Shown piece after piece: positions 9,656 to 19,613 of a stretch of DNA of 64,000 nt. The notes beneath the pieces were generated by a model. It had not been told where the DNA came from, did no database searches, and saw only the letters and a list, made by a program, of their open reading frames with translations. The position numbers and the translations under genes were made by a program. This DNA is from Andalucia godoyi And28 (lineage: Eukaryota > Protista > Jakobida): contig VRVR01000021.1 of assembly GCA_009859145.1 (NCBI GenBank), forward strand, positions 259,656 to 323,655, in the 5' to 3' direction. Numbering within the stretch: the stretch's first letter is position 1; each line of letters begins with the position of its first letter.

Positions 9656-10055
9656 ACATGAATCATTATTGATCATCGACTAAGCTGTCACCGAAGACAG
9701 ATCCAAGCCACATGCTGTTTTGCTTGTATTTGCAGGGAGGGGGGAGGGTGGGCGAACACCAACTCTCCAATGTAGATTGCTCTGCATCAGAGGGGTCACT
9801 TCTTCTTCATCTTGCTCTCCACCTCCGACGAGAGGGAATCAACGGGTTTCTTGGTTCTCGCTATCTTCGGACCATGGCCGGTTTGAGTTTGGTGGGAAGG
9901 TCCCCCTTTGGAGCCATGAGATGTTTTGTCTCTGATGAGGAGGTGCTGCTTGAGGGTTCGATAGTAAGGAACAAGCAAACAGAAAGAAATAGAAAGAAAG
10001 AACCAAAAGCGAAAGAATGCAGAAATTCCTAGACTTGACTACGGTAAGAGAATCG
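9656..10055 (-). ncRNA. Conserved structured non-coding element, copy 1 (paralogue at 58202-58609); class unknown
   Basis: Collinear conserved blocks shared with 58202-58609; 9862-9927 is identical to 58402-58467; hairpins with G:U pairs and a GCAA loop favour the minus strand. The duplication is certain; the ncRNA status is inferred. Confidence 0.55.
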
Positions 10056-10227
10056 TATTTTGTTTGGGGTGTTCAACGTTGATAGACAAAAGCTGTTCGA
10101 AAAACCGTTTGATTAAATGAAATTGTCGAAATGGATTCCCGCATTCTGCCTATTTCCTTCTCGTGCGTGTTTCGTCTTTGTGCTTGTTTTCTCTGCCCGC
10201 ATTCTGTTAATCACAGTGCAGTCGAGA

Positions 10228-10740
10228 ATGGATCTGGCTCTTTCTGCACGCGACACACGGATTCTTGATAAGCGCCGCGATGCCATGCGTGCGAGAGTGC
10301 ATCAAGCATTTTCGCTGTTTGATCGCGATGCGAATGGAACGTGTGATGTTCGAGAAGTTGGGACGATTGTACGGTCTCTTGGACTGAATCCGACGCAGCG
10401 TCAGCTTGCGTCACTACTGGAAGAGATGGAAGATGATGAGCCAACTGGGTTTATTCGATACGAAAAGTTTGAGAAGATCGTGCTGAATGTTTGTGTCGAA
10501 AGCGAGTTCAAAGGCGAACGCGTCTCGAGACCTGTGGAAGACGACATTATCCGGGCGTTTAGAGTCCTCGATCCGGAAAACACAGGATCGATCTCAGCAG
10601 ACACATTCAAGGAGCTCATGGCGTCCATGGCAGAAAAACTCACCGCAGAAGAGATTGAAGAAATGACCAATGTCGCCGTCGACCCCGAGTCCGGAAACGT
10701 CTTTTACGAAGACTATGCATCTCTATTAGCCGCCGAATAA
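10228..10740 (+). CDS. EFCAB2: Calmodulin-like EF-hand protein, EFCAB2/DRC8-like
   Basis: AFSLFDRDANGTCDVREVGTIVRSLGLNPT and AFRVLDPENTGSISAD EF-hands; a 170-aa size and the CDVRE motif typical of DRC8. Confidence 0.8.
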   Translation: MDLALSARDTRILDKRRDAMRARVHQAFSLFDRDANGTCDVREVGTIVRSLGLNPTQRQLASLLEEMEDDEPTGFIRYEKFEKIVLNVCVESEFKGERVSRPVEDDIIRAFRVLDPENTGSISADTFKELMASMAEKLTAEEIEEMTNVAVDPESGNVFYEDYASLLAAE

Positions 10741-11005
10741 AAACCTCACAAAGTCCAAAATGCACACTCATGCACTGGAACATTGACGCACTAGATAGAC
10801 AACGACGACGACAGCCCCCCATGTGGTACGAACGACATTGCGCTGCTGCTTCATCTACGCACAGATGGAACAAAGGGAACCAAATGGACAGACAAGAAGC
10901 AAACGGCAAAGGGGCAAAAGCAAAAATAAATTAATAATCATAATTATAATAAAAGAAAATAAAATAAAAGAGCAGTGTGCCAGTCATGGAGCCACAAAGA
11001 CAATA

Positions 11006-11530
11006 TCACGCACTTGGGGGATCGCTGTTCATGTAGCGCAAGATGTCGACGGTGATGCGTTCCATTTGAGCGTCTCTGTCGAACCATTCGAGGTCCTTTG
11101 CGACGCTGGTGTCCACAGCCTGTTTAATATCCGCTGGTTGGTCCTCGGCAGCCTTCCTGTCTTTTCGAAGCAATGCATACACAGCAAGGACATGCTGTGC
11201 ACCTACCGAATAGCAAACAAACACGTGTGTGGACCCTTGGATGCGCATGACCGGTGCGTCGGTAACGCCCATCTGTGCAGAGAACTGCTGGGCAGCTTTG
11301 CGAAGCGACAGGACCACAAGACGGACTTCCGCATCACCGGAAGCAGAGGCAGCAGAAGAGGAGCCATCCAACGTGCGATCTGCGAGCACTTCGCCGGAAC
11401 TCGCATTCATCAGAAACACCGCAGTCATCGACGGATACACCGTCTGCACCATATCAAAGCATGAGTTGTAGTACTTTCTTCGTTCGTTTTCCTGGTTCTT
11501 TGCTGAGCCTTTGCTCCCGCAACACCCCAT
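11006..11530 (-). CDS. Small, probably N-acylated protein (MGCCGSK), possible Roadblock-like fold
   Basis: ATG-started 174-aa ORF with a myristoylation/palmitoylation N-terminus; the alternating helix/strand pattern is only suggestive of Roadblock. Confidence 0.6.
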   Translation of the reverse strand: MGCCGSKGSAKNQENERRKYYNSCFDMVQTVYPSMTAVFLMNASSGEVLADRTLDGSSSAASASGDAEVRLVVLSLRKAAQQFSAQMGVTDAPVMRIQGSTHVFVCYSVGAQHVLAVYALLRKDRKAAEDQPADIKQAVDTSVAKDLEWFDRDAQMERITVDILRYMNSDPPSA

Positions 11531-12003
11531 CCTCTCCTATTCTAACTTTTCTCCGCCTTTTTTTTCTTCTTCAGTGTTTTCTTTGCTTTCTTCCTCTTCT
11601 CGTTTCATCTGTAATTTTTTTTAAAAAAAAATGGGAAGACATAGAATCCGTGACGTTTCCAAATTTGGTGATGTAGGATAGATGTGTGATAGCACGATAG
11701 ACTCGTAAAGGCATACTCCAAAGAACTCGGAACTCAGAACCCCGCCTTCAAGCTTGTGTTTTGGAGATTTCGCTTTGTTTCTCCCAAACGTGTGCGTATT
11801 GTGTAACATTTATCATTGTTGTTATTTCTTGTCTTATCTTATTCTCCACGAACCTCCAATAGGCGTCTCCTTTTTTTATTTTAATTTTTATTAATTAATT
11901 TTATATTTAATTTTCTTCTTCTTTGCATTCTTTCGCACCTTTTGTTACGTGTCCGTTGGCGATATTTTTTTTGTTCATCCGAACTCTCTCTCACTCACTC
12001 ACT

Positions 12004-12034
<31 letters not shown>

Positions 12035-12159
12035 GAAGAAGAAGCAGAAGAAGAAAGATAGAGTGGAAACCAGAAAAGGGAAAACGAGTCACTAGTTCAG
12101 CACGTTTTTGGTTTGCCACGTATCGTTTAATTATTCAAAGAGGAGTTTTTGATTGCTGA

Positions 12160-15100
12160 ATGCAGACAATTCGTCGGAAGTGGCTTTTACGACGAACGTC
12201 CGGCCGCCTTCGCGCGTTGTGGGAGGACTACCGATCGCACGGTGTTGATTCAGAGTCTGATGATGCTGTCGTGTTGTCCAAGTTCAGAGCACTTGTGGAG
12301 GGATTCCAGTCTATTTACGGCGAGTTGGTGCAGTCTCCAGGGTCGTTGACGGTGTTCCTGGAGCGAGTCGTGGTGGAAGATACAGACATTGTGGATTCTG
12401 TGCTTGAGTTTGCCGAGTCAGAGAGATTCAAGAAGGGTCTGAATAACACAGAAGTGCGCGACGAGGCCGCAGAGCTGGTCTCCAAAGGGCTGCAAGTCGT
12501 GGAAATCATGTTGCAGGATGCGAAGTTTCGATCGGTGGTTGCCGACTCGGACGGGCTCTTGCTTCGCGTGCTATCACTCTTGGACAAAGTACACGTGCAT
12601 GCTGCACAAGTTACGGCGCTGAACGTCATGATTGAGCTTGTAGTTTCCGAGATGAATCGCGCATTCGTGTTGGAACATGATGGAATAGGCAAACTCATAA
12701 GGTTGTTTGGAGACGGAAATGAAGCCGTGAAGAAGCAGGTTCTCAAGGCAATCAGCCATTGCATGAATGCCTCGATTTCGCAGTCCCATGTCGAACGAGA
12801 ATTGTCGCGCCTGTCGACTGCAGATCCCAGTGCTGCAAACGGATTTCCATCGGCATTCAGACAAGACGCACAAAACGAGAGTTTTCATCATCCGACATCC
12901 GACGCGGGCACAGGAGACGAAGAACCTTCCAAGTCTGTCCATCTTCGCCGAATTCAAAGAAGCGCTCATCGCAGAACTGTGAGTGACAAGGTCACCGGGC
13001 TAGTCGTGGATATGTCAAAACTGTTGGGAAGCGAACTGGTCCGGTTGTTTCCTTCCATGTCTTTTGCAGACAATCTGTCAGACGAAGCAGAGGTGGCGCA
13101 GAAGCACAATGCACACGCCATTAGCGGAATGCTGGATGGCAACCAACATGTAGAGCCAGAGGATGGTCGAGATGTTGTTCGACGGACGCTGGCAGCTGCG
13201 CGGGGCGCTCCTACCATTGGGCAAAAGGTATTTGTGTTTCCTCCGTCGTCCGATGAAATTCAAGACGAGCTGGGAAAAGTTATGGATTTGCTGAGCGCAG
13301 TCGCAAATGCGTCTCCCATATTCGGTGATGCGTTGCCCGTCGTCGACGCGAAGGATGACGTCTTGGGAATCCGAGGCGCGTTGTCGTCTCTAACAGAATT
13401 GGTGAAAAGTTCGGCGCTCTCTGTACAACTGGATCTGATTCGAACGGTTTCCCGAATCGTCCTTGGTAACAAGCGCAATCAAGACGAGATGCGTCGGATA
13501 GATGGCTATTCTTTCTTCCTTAATTTATTTGACTTTGTTCAAGAATTTTCATCTGTGGATGCGCAGTCGTTTCTTCGAGATGCGTTCGACGTGCTCTTTG
13601 TTGTTGTCTTGGATGATCATAAGGACATGCGTGTTGGCAATCACGATGCGCTAAGGACCTTGTTTCGACTTCTCACCTCGTCAAAGGTTCCCGAAGTTCA
13701 GATGCACACTCTGCGGTGTTTGCACGACATCATGGCAGTGAATATGTGGAACGTCTTGGATGTTAGACAGTGCGGTGGAATTGAGTGTCTAGTTGAGTTT
13801 GTGTTTTCCATCCCCTGTGCTTGCAATGGTGAAGGGGTCCAACCTAGCCGACTGCACACTCAATTACTGGACAGTTCGCTGGAGCTCCTTGTCTACGTTG
13901 GTGTTGTGCTGCAGAAATCGGAACTTCGCGTCCTGGAATTGCTTGCAACTGCTGTGTGCACTCGCCATGCCGAGCTCCCTCCACAATGCATGTTCGCCTG
14001 CTTGCGATCGTGCGTGGCCCTGGTATCTGATGTGATGTTTCGGTTGGAATCGGTTCCAACCGTTCATGCTTGGAAGTATTTGGTTCCGCTACTAGAGTAT
14101 CTGCTGGCGTCCCCCCTCCTGGATTCCCACTCTGTTCTGGTGCTGCTTGATCTCCTTGCTTTGGCCAGCTCATCATATGATAGTGCTGTCTTGTTTGTCG
14201 ACGCTGGCTTGCTTGGCCTTATCCTTCCGTTCTTGTCAAATGTCTCGTCGACTCCGCAGAACGTGTTTGAGCGTTGTCTCTCATTGTTTTCAGTCATGAC
14301 GTTTGTGTGCAGTTCGCATTCTCCTAATTCTGGTGTCGAGCCTTCGCTGCACATCGATCTCTTGTCAAATTTCGAGGTCAAGCAGCGGCTTTCTGGGTTT
14401 GCGCTGCAGATCGTTGATGGGCTGCTGTCCGTGATCCGTGGCTGCGCCAGTAGTGGTTCTTTGGACAACGTGAAAAAGATTTTGGGTCTTGCTCGGCTCT
14501 GCTTCATCATATTTTCGGTGACATCCTTTTCTGACGCAATGCTGTATTTTTTGTATCAGCGCGGATTAGCCTCCTTGGTGGATTTGATCGAGCTCAGTCC
14601 GTCTGCGGGTTTAGATGTGCTGCTTTGTATTGGAGAAGCTGTTCGCGGATCGAATTTTGGGAAGCAGTATTTCATCGAAATCATTGGGTTGGAGAAGTTT
14701 GACAGGGTTTTGCGGCAATTGTATGCAGTACATCAATTGCAGTTTCTTCATTGTCTGATCCTGCTCGAGCTCTTTTCCTTTGCCTCCATCATGGATGTAG
14801 TTGTGCCCCTCGCGGACGCGAGTGCTCTTGCGTTGTGGCCGAATTACTCGCCCTCATTCAGCGTAGTTCCTGCGTTCGACGGGCCCTGGGCATTTTCTCG
14901 TGATGTCAGCGATCCGACTGTTTCCCAGAAATTTTCCAGAGCCGGATCCGTAGATGCAGTTCACAACTTTGCACATCCCCATGGTTTCAAGAAGCCTGAC
15001 ATCAAATCCATGAAGTCTAGTTCTCTTTCTGTTGTTATGAATGAGATTTCTGATCCGCATTCGTTTCCTGCCAGCAGCGAATGGAAGCATGTTCCCACGC

Positions 15101-18100
15101 ATTCTGCTCCTACTTCCGTGCGCCCCTCTCGAAGTTCCTTGTCTCTCGTCCCTGATGATGGGGGGGATGGTGGTGATTCATCATCGTTAAATGCTCATCG
15201 TGATTCAGTTTCTTCCCACTCGGGAAATATCTTTACAACGCCTGGGGGATTGTTTGAATTTCTCGAAAACATGACAAGCACATCATCCAATGCTTTCGCC
15301 TCCATGCTAGATCACAACATGCCTTACAGTTTTGGCCCTCACGATCAAGAGTCCTTTTTGTCCGGGCTGAATGTTGCCGTTGATTTGCGACGTCGTGGAA
15401 AAGCGCTTCTTTTCCGGGACCCAGATTGCGTGTCGTTTATGATGACGCAGCTTTGGACGGGTTGCTCCGATGATTCCGCGCGCGCAGATATGCTTCGTGT
15501 TGTCTTGTCTTTGCTAGATTTGCATCCTCGCAATCGACAAATGTTTGTTTCGTCTGGAGCGTTTATTTGGTTTCTCGATGCTGCGGCTTCCTGCTTCGAC
15601 ATCGCATGCAGGACTCTGTGCTTCCAAATTGCCTCTTGCATTGGTCGACATTCAATGCGTGCAGGCGAGCTGGAGCATTTGCTGAAGCAAATTGAGAATA
15701 CGAGTAAGTTGCAGGAAGCAAATGTTGCACTGCAAACGGCTCTGCTGTCGGTTATGGGGAGGATTTCGGAACGAGATAGTCCCAGCAGCTTCTTTTCTTT
15801 CGACGGCATCACTGCTGGCGTGTCCGCAGGATCAGTCAAGAGTATGCCAGCCTCGAAGTCTGGCATCTCTGTATCCCTGATGTTTCGCCTAGGAGTGTTT
15901 CCGCTTGTTGAAGCTATGAGCCACCACAGTCCTATTGGACCTGCGTGTTGCCATGATGCTCGGTCTGTATTGTGTTGTCTAGTCGATAGTTCGTCGATGT
16001 CAACCGTCGAAATTGGGTTGCGGCTCCTCCCGTCTCCGAGCGTTGCTGGTTCTTCGGGCACGTTGTCGGTGTCCTCTTCCACATCGTCTTTCGCGACTGG
16101 CATGCCGCATCACAGCGGTCTGACATCATCGCGTCAAAGCTTTTGCCATATTTATTTGCGGGTAATTGGTAAGACGGGCGTTGTTGAGGAAGACTTGAAT
16201 TTTGAAGCGTGCAGATTGAATTTGTACAGCGGAGAGTGGGTCAGGTTGTCGGTGTCTGTAGGGAAGGGTTCTGTTCAGGTCGACCTCTCTACCTCTCGCA
16301 TTTCCAGTGCTTCGCTGTCGTCGTCTTTGCCCATGGCGTTTTATCCCAAGAACACCTCTCGAGACCGTCCTATGCATGTTATGCTCGGCCGGCGTCCCCA
16401 AATGCTGGTTTCGGACTGGGGCTTGCCGTCCGACCTGTTTTCCGTGTCGCCGTTCCGGTACTGGAGCAGGACGACAAGAGCGCTGCGTTCGCAAGACGAT
16501 TGCCGGAAAAATGCGCGTGTGCTTCATTCCTTCTGTGGACAAATCAGTGAATTTGACATCGTTGACAAAACTTCTCAAGTATCGCTTCTGCCTAAGGAGT
16601 ATCAGGACTCGTACGTTTTGCTAACTGCACTCGAATCCGAACAGTTTGATGAACAGAAAGTTCCAATTGCAATCCGATCGTCGCATGCGGTCTGGATAGT
16701 AATTGACGAAGGAAAAGCCTCTGAAATCCAAACCGAAGGTGTTGATGACATCAATTCAGTGCTGTTGTTCACTGCTGGCGACAGCGAAGAGCCCAAAAAC
16801 GTTGGATCAATAGGAGCTCCTGCGCCAGTGTCCGCGAGCACCAGCTTGACACCGAAAAAGAAGAGCGTTTCGTCCACCTCCAGTGCCCTGAGACTTCGGC
16901 AGCGCGTTTCCATTTTAGATGGAGCGACATTTCATGCCACGCACCTGATGACCGAATTTATCGCCGATTGTGGCGGGCTCCAGCGTCTCTTCCAGTTTCT
17001 AAAGTTACCAAGCGGGGCTCGACTGTCTTCTCTTAAGGTGTTTGCGTCGCTGATATCGCATTCCAGTGCGATGAAGGAGGAGTTTTTGAGATCTCGTGCA
17101 CCGGCCGCCATTACGCATGCATTAATTTCTGCGAAGCGGATCCATGAAGAGATTTCTGCCGAAGTCGTCGACACGATTGTTCTTATCGCGAAGAAAGCGC
17201 AGTCTCCAGATGGATGGCATATGGCGATGGATTTGCTTCCTGAGTACAACCTGGATGTCTTGCGTCACTTTTTGCGCCGGCTTCTCGATTCTTTTCTTGA
17301 GGGGAAAACGAACAATGTTCAATCGGGAACTCTCGAAAACTTCCGTCGCGGTCCTGGGTTGATGGAGTTGTTGAACTTCTGGCTTTTCAAGAGCCAGCCG
17401 GACGTATTTCCTCTGTTGAGTGTTGTGGTTTCGCAGATGCTTCGAGACACGCGACTATCGGAAGTGCAGGCATCCTGGGCATTTCTTTCTTCCATGTGCA
17501 GTGCACCAGCGACAGATGCAACGTGGGTCCCTGCCATTTGCTCATTTGCAAAAACCTTAAAAGAGCTGATCCAAGAGAATGCGCAGTTTGCGGAGGCAAG
17601 CGGTTCTATTCCCTCCGACGACTCTCCCTTCCAGCCGGTGAATATTACGGCCTCTTTGGAGGCGACGGCGGCTTCCACTTCGGCATCATCAACCTCAGCA
17701 GTGTCTGCCGCAGAAGTGTTTCCATCACCGGTTGCGCCATTCTCATCCAGCTCAGATGTCTGCAGCTTCGCTCTTGCGGCTTTGTTCGGCTTGCTGGATT
17801 CCGTTCACGAGTCGGTCCGGTATGAAGGGTTGTGCATGCTGACCGTTTTGCTGAAGCGTTCGTCACGCTGCAGGATGCATTTCTTCAAATCCAATGTTGG
17901 ATATGAAAAGATCGAATCCATTTTGATACGGCATCCAGCTTCCGCCCTTACCTTTGATGCAATGTTTGCTTTTGCCCGCGAGCAAATCGACAGTACTGCT
18001 GTCAACAACGCTGCGGCAGCCACATCCCAATTTTTGGTTCGTCAGCCGGAGGTGCTTCGCATTATCTTCATGCTTTTGCACTTTGCATGCGAAGATTCCC

Positions 18101-19428
18101 AGCTGCACATGAAAGTTCTCGACATTGTCGATCGTCTCGTGGAGGAAGATGGCAACGCCGAGCAGCTGATCGAGTATAACTGGTTCGAGCGTTGCTGGAA
18201 GACGTTTCTTCCTTTGGCATTTTCTCAGACTTCGACGTTCACAAATGATTTCCGTGTCGTTGTCGACCGAATTACGCGTCGGCTCTTGTGGTTTGACTTG
18301 TGCAGACAGCCACGGGTTTCCAAAATTACTCGCATTAAGGATATGGTGGATGCCTCGGACGTTCAGCTTTCGTTGCTAAGATGTGTTATCGACGTTTTGT
18401 TCGAGTTTGAAGACTCGGAAGACCCTTCAAAGAAGATGCCTGCACAGCAGCCCACGTCGACTCCAAAGAAGAAAGTCGTTGGTGCAGTTAACGTTGGAAC
18501 CCCGACCTCTCCAAGTTCCTCGACGCAGGGGCTCAATGTACCCGGAGAGAAGTTGCAGCACATCATTCGCAATCTTTCCGCGCTGCTGGATTCTCTTGAT
18601 GCAGACATTCTTCTCACACCCCATGTCTGTCTACGCATCTTGCTTGCGATTAATCAGTTGGCGTATCGATCTTCGTTTGAAATGCGAACCCGGATGAAGA
18701 ATGCCAATCTGTTTGTCATGCGTGATCATTTCACGACGCTGTGTCTCATGCTGTTGCAGCCGCGCATTATTCCGAAATCCGGTCAGGATGAATCGGTTTC
18801 CGAAAATGAATCGCTACCTGTTCGATCTCTTTCAGTTGCGGAGATCATGGATATTTTAACGCAGTTTCCTTTCGAGTCCGTTGCTGAACAGCAGTCGTTT
18901 CGCGACACGGGACTCTTGTGTCTCTTGCGTTTGTTGTTTCGTGCCGAAGACGTGCCTTCTTCAAGAGCGGATCTGCTGACCATGCAAAGCTTCATTTTCG
19001 ACGTGGTCGTTCACGTATTTTTGCAAGTAGAAGACAATCGGAAGGTGATTGCGAAAGTTGTTGGCGACGAGACGGTGTTCTCTCGTCTGGATTCTTCGGA
19101 AGAGTTCACGGAGTGGTATGGATCATCGGAACAGGTGTCGCATAGACAGCTTGTGGAGATGAACGTTTCAAAGTCATGGGCGATAGTGGAGGACTCGTAT
19201 CTGAAGAATCGTGAGAAGTTGCAGGCCAAGAGGCTGAAGAAACTGAAAGTTCGCCAGGAAGAAAAGCAGAAGAATCGGTCGCTGTCGGCGCGTAGCATAA
19301 GTGAACTCGATGCGCGCTGTGCGCTTCTGTTGTCTTCGCTTCGAGAATGGCATGTCGCGCATGTTCAAGATATTCAAGAACGCAAGACCAAGCGTTTAGA
19401 TGCCGGTCTATCCGTGTTTCCATTATAA
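12160..19428 (+). CDS. Large alpha-solenoid protein (2422 aa) resembling the N-terminal/ConA-like half of BEACH-family proteins
   Basis: Leu-rich helical repeats; the segment PSSFFSFDGITAGV...GISVSLMFRL resembles the start of the neurobeachin/LRBA ConA-like domain; C-terminal coiled coil. The ORF is certain, the family is tentative. Confidence 0.55.
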   Translation: MQTIRRKWLLRRTSGRLRALWEDYRSHGVDSESDDAVVLSKFRALVEGFQSIYGELVQSPGSLTVFLERVVVEDTDIVDSVLEFAESERFKKGLNNTEVRDEAAELVSKGLQVVEIMLQDAKFRSVVADSDGLLLRVLSLLDKVHVHAAQVTALNVMIELVVSEMNRAFVLEHDGIGKLIRLFGDGNEAVKKQVLKAISHCMNASISQSHVERELSRLSTADPSAANGFPSAFRQDAQNESFHHPTSDAGTGDEEPSKSVHLRRIQRSAHRRTVSDKVTGLVVDMSKLLGSELVRLFPSMSFADNLSDEAEVAQKHNAHAISGMLDGNQHVEPEDGRDVVRRTLAAARGAPTIGQKVFVFPPSSDEIQDELGKVMDLLSAVANASPIFGDALPVVDAKDDVLGIRGALSSLTELVKSSALSVQLDLIRTVSRIVLGNKRNQDEMRRIDGYSFFLNLFDFVQEFSSVDAQSFLRDAFDVLFVVVLDDHKDMRVGNHDALRTLFRLLTSSKVPEVQMHTLRCLHDIMAVNMWNVLDVRQCGGIECLVEFVFSIPCACNGEGVQPSRLHTQLLDSSLELLVYVGVVLQKSELRVLELLATAVCTRHAELPPQCMFACLRSCVALVSDVMFRLESVPTVHAWKYLVPLLEYLLASPLLDSHSVLVLLDLLALASSSYDSAVLFVDAGLLGLILPFLSNVSSTPQNVFERCLSLFSVMTFVCSSHSPNSGVEPSLHIDLLSNFEVKQRLSGFALQIVDGLLSVIRGCASSGSLDNVKKILGLARLCFIIFSVTSFSDAMLYFLYQRGLASLVDLIELSPSAGLDVLLCIGEAVRGSNFGKQYFIEIIGLEKFDRVLRQLYAVHQLQFLHCLILLELFSFASIMDVVVPLADASALALWPNYSPSFSVVPAFDGPWAFSRDVSDPTVSQKFSRAGSVDAVHNFAHPHGFKKPDIKSMKSSSLSVVMNEISDPHSFPASSEWKHVPTHSAPTSVRPSRSSLSLVPDDGGDGGDSSSLNAHRDSVSSHSGNIFTTPGGLFEFLENMTSTSSNAFASMLDHNMPYSFGPHDQESFLSGLNVAVDLRRRGKALLFRDPDCVSFMMTQLWTGCSDDSARADMLRVVLSLLDLHPRNRQMFVSSGAFIWFLDAAASCFDIACRTLCFQIASCIGRHSMRAGELEHLLKQIENTSKLQEANVALQTALLSVMGRISERDSPSSFFSFDGITAGVSAGSVKSMPASKSGISVSLMFRLGVFPLVEAMSHHSPIGPACCHDARSVLCCLVDSSSMSTVEIGLRLLPSPSVAGSSGTLSVSSSTSSFATGMPHHSGLTSSRQSFCHIYLRVIGKTGVVEEDLNFEACRLNLYSGEWVRLSVSVGKGSVQVDLSTSRISSASLSSSLPMAFYPKNTSRDRPMHVMLGRRPQMLVSDWGLPSDLFSVSPFRYWSRTTRALRSQDDCRKNARVLHSFCGQISEFDIVDKTSQVSLLPKEYQDSYVLLTALESEQFDEQKVPIAIRSSHAVWIVIDEGKASEIQTEGVDDINSVLLFTAGDSEEPKNVGSIGAPAPVSASTSLTPKKKSVSSTSSALRLRQRVSILDGATFHATHLMTEFIADCGGLQRLFQFLKLPSGARLSSLKVFASLISHSSAMKEEFLRSRAPAAITHALISAKRIHEEISAEVVDTIVLIAKKAQSPDGWHMAMDLLPEYNLDVLRHFLRRLLDSFLEGKTNNVQSGTLENFRRGPGLMELLNFWLFKSQPDVFPLLSVVVSQMLRDTRLSEVQASWAFLSSMCSAPATDATWVPAICSFAKTLKELIQENAQFAEASGSIPSDDSPFQPVNITASLEATAASTSASSTSAVSAAEVFPSPVAPFSSSSDVCSFALAALFGLLDSVHESVRYEGLCMLTVLLKRSSRCRMHFFKSNVGYEKIESILIRHPASALTFDAMFAFAREQIDSTAVNNAAAATSQFLVRQPEVLRIIFMLLHFACEDSQLHMKVLDIVDRLVEEDGNAEQLIEYNWFERCWKTFLPLAFSQTSTFTNDFRVVVDRITRRLLWFDLCRQPRVSKITRIKDMVDASDVQLSLLRCVIDVLFEFEDSEDPSKKMPAQQPTSTPKKKVVGAVNVGTPTSPSSSTQGLNVPGEKLQHIIRNLSALLDSLDADILLTPHVCLRILLAINQLAYRSSFEMRTRMKNANLFVMRDHFTTLCLMLLQPRIIPKSGQDESVSENESLPVRSLSVAEIMDILTQFPFESVAEQQSFRDTGLLCLLRLLFRAEDVPSSRADLLTMQSFIFDVVVHVFLQVEDNRKVIAKVVGDETVFSRLDSSEEFTEWYGSSEQVSHRQLVEMNVSKSWAIVEDSYLKNREKLQAKRLKKLKVRQEEKQKNRSLSARSISELDARCALLLSSLREWHVAHVQDIQERKTKRLDAGLSVFPL

Positions 19429-19613
19429 TGGTTTTCCCTCTCTTCTCTTTCTGACTTATGTAATTGTTATTTTCAGTGAGGTTTTATTTTTCCCCTTCCT
19501 TTATTTTTTCCCCTTTTTGAATGTAAGTATTGTAAGATTTGGTTCAAATAAATGGTATTTGGTTTTTTGGTTATTGTTGGAATGAATTAATGATTGAACT
19601 CTTTCTTTAGACT

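Noticed and set aside
9755-9800. SECIS-like ATGA/GTGA...GA around hairpin B on the minus strand
   Set aside because: Helix II does not pair next to the putative core, and there is no apical AA loop or associated selenoprotein ORF.
9866-9873. GT...AG 8-nt 'intron' that would fuse the two micro-ORF frames
   Set aside because: Far below the shortest known spliceosomal intron sizes.
9890-9910. GGGAAGGTCCCC resembling the RNase P/MRP CR-I motif
   Set aside because: No complementary CR-V segment conserved in both copies to form P4.
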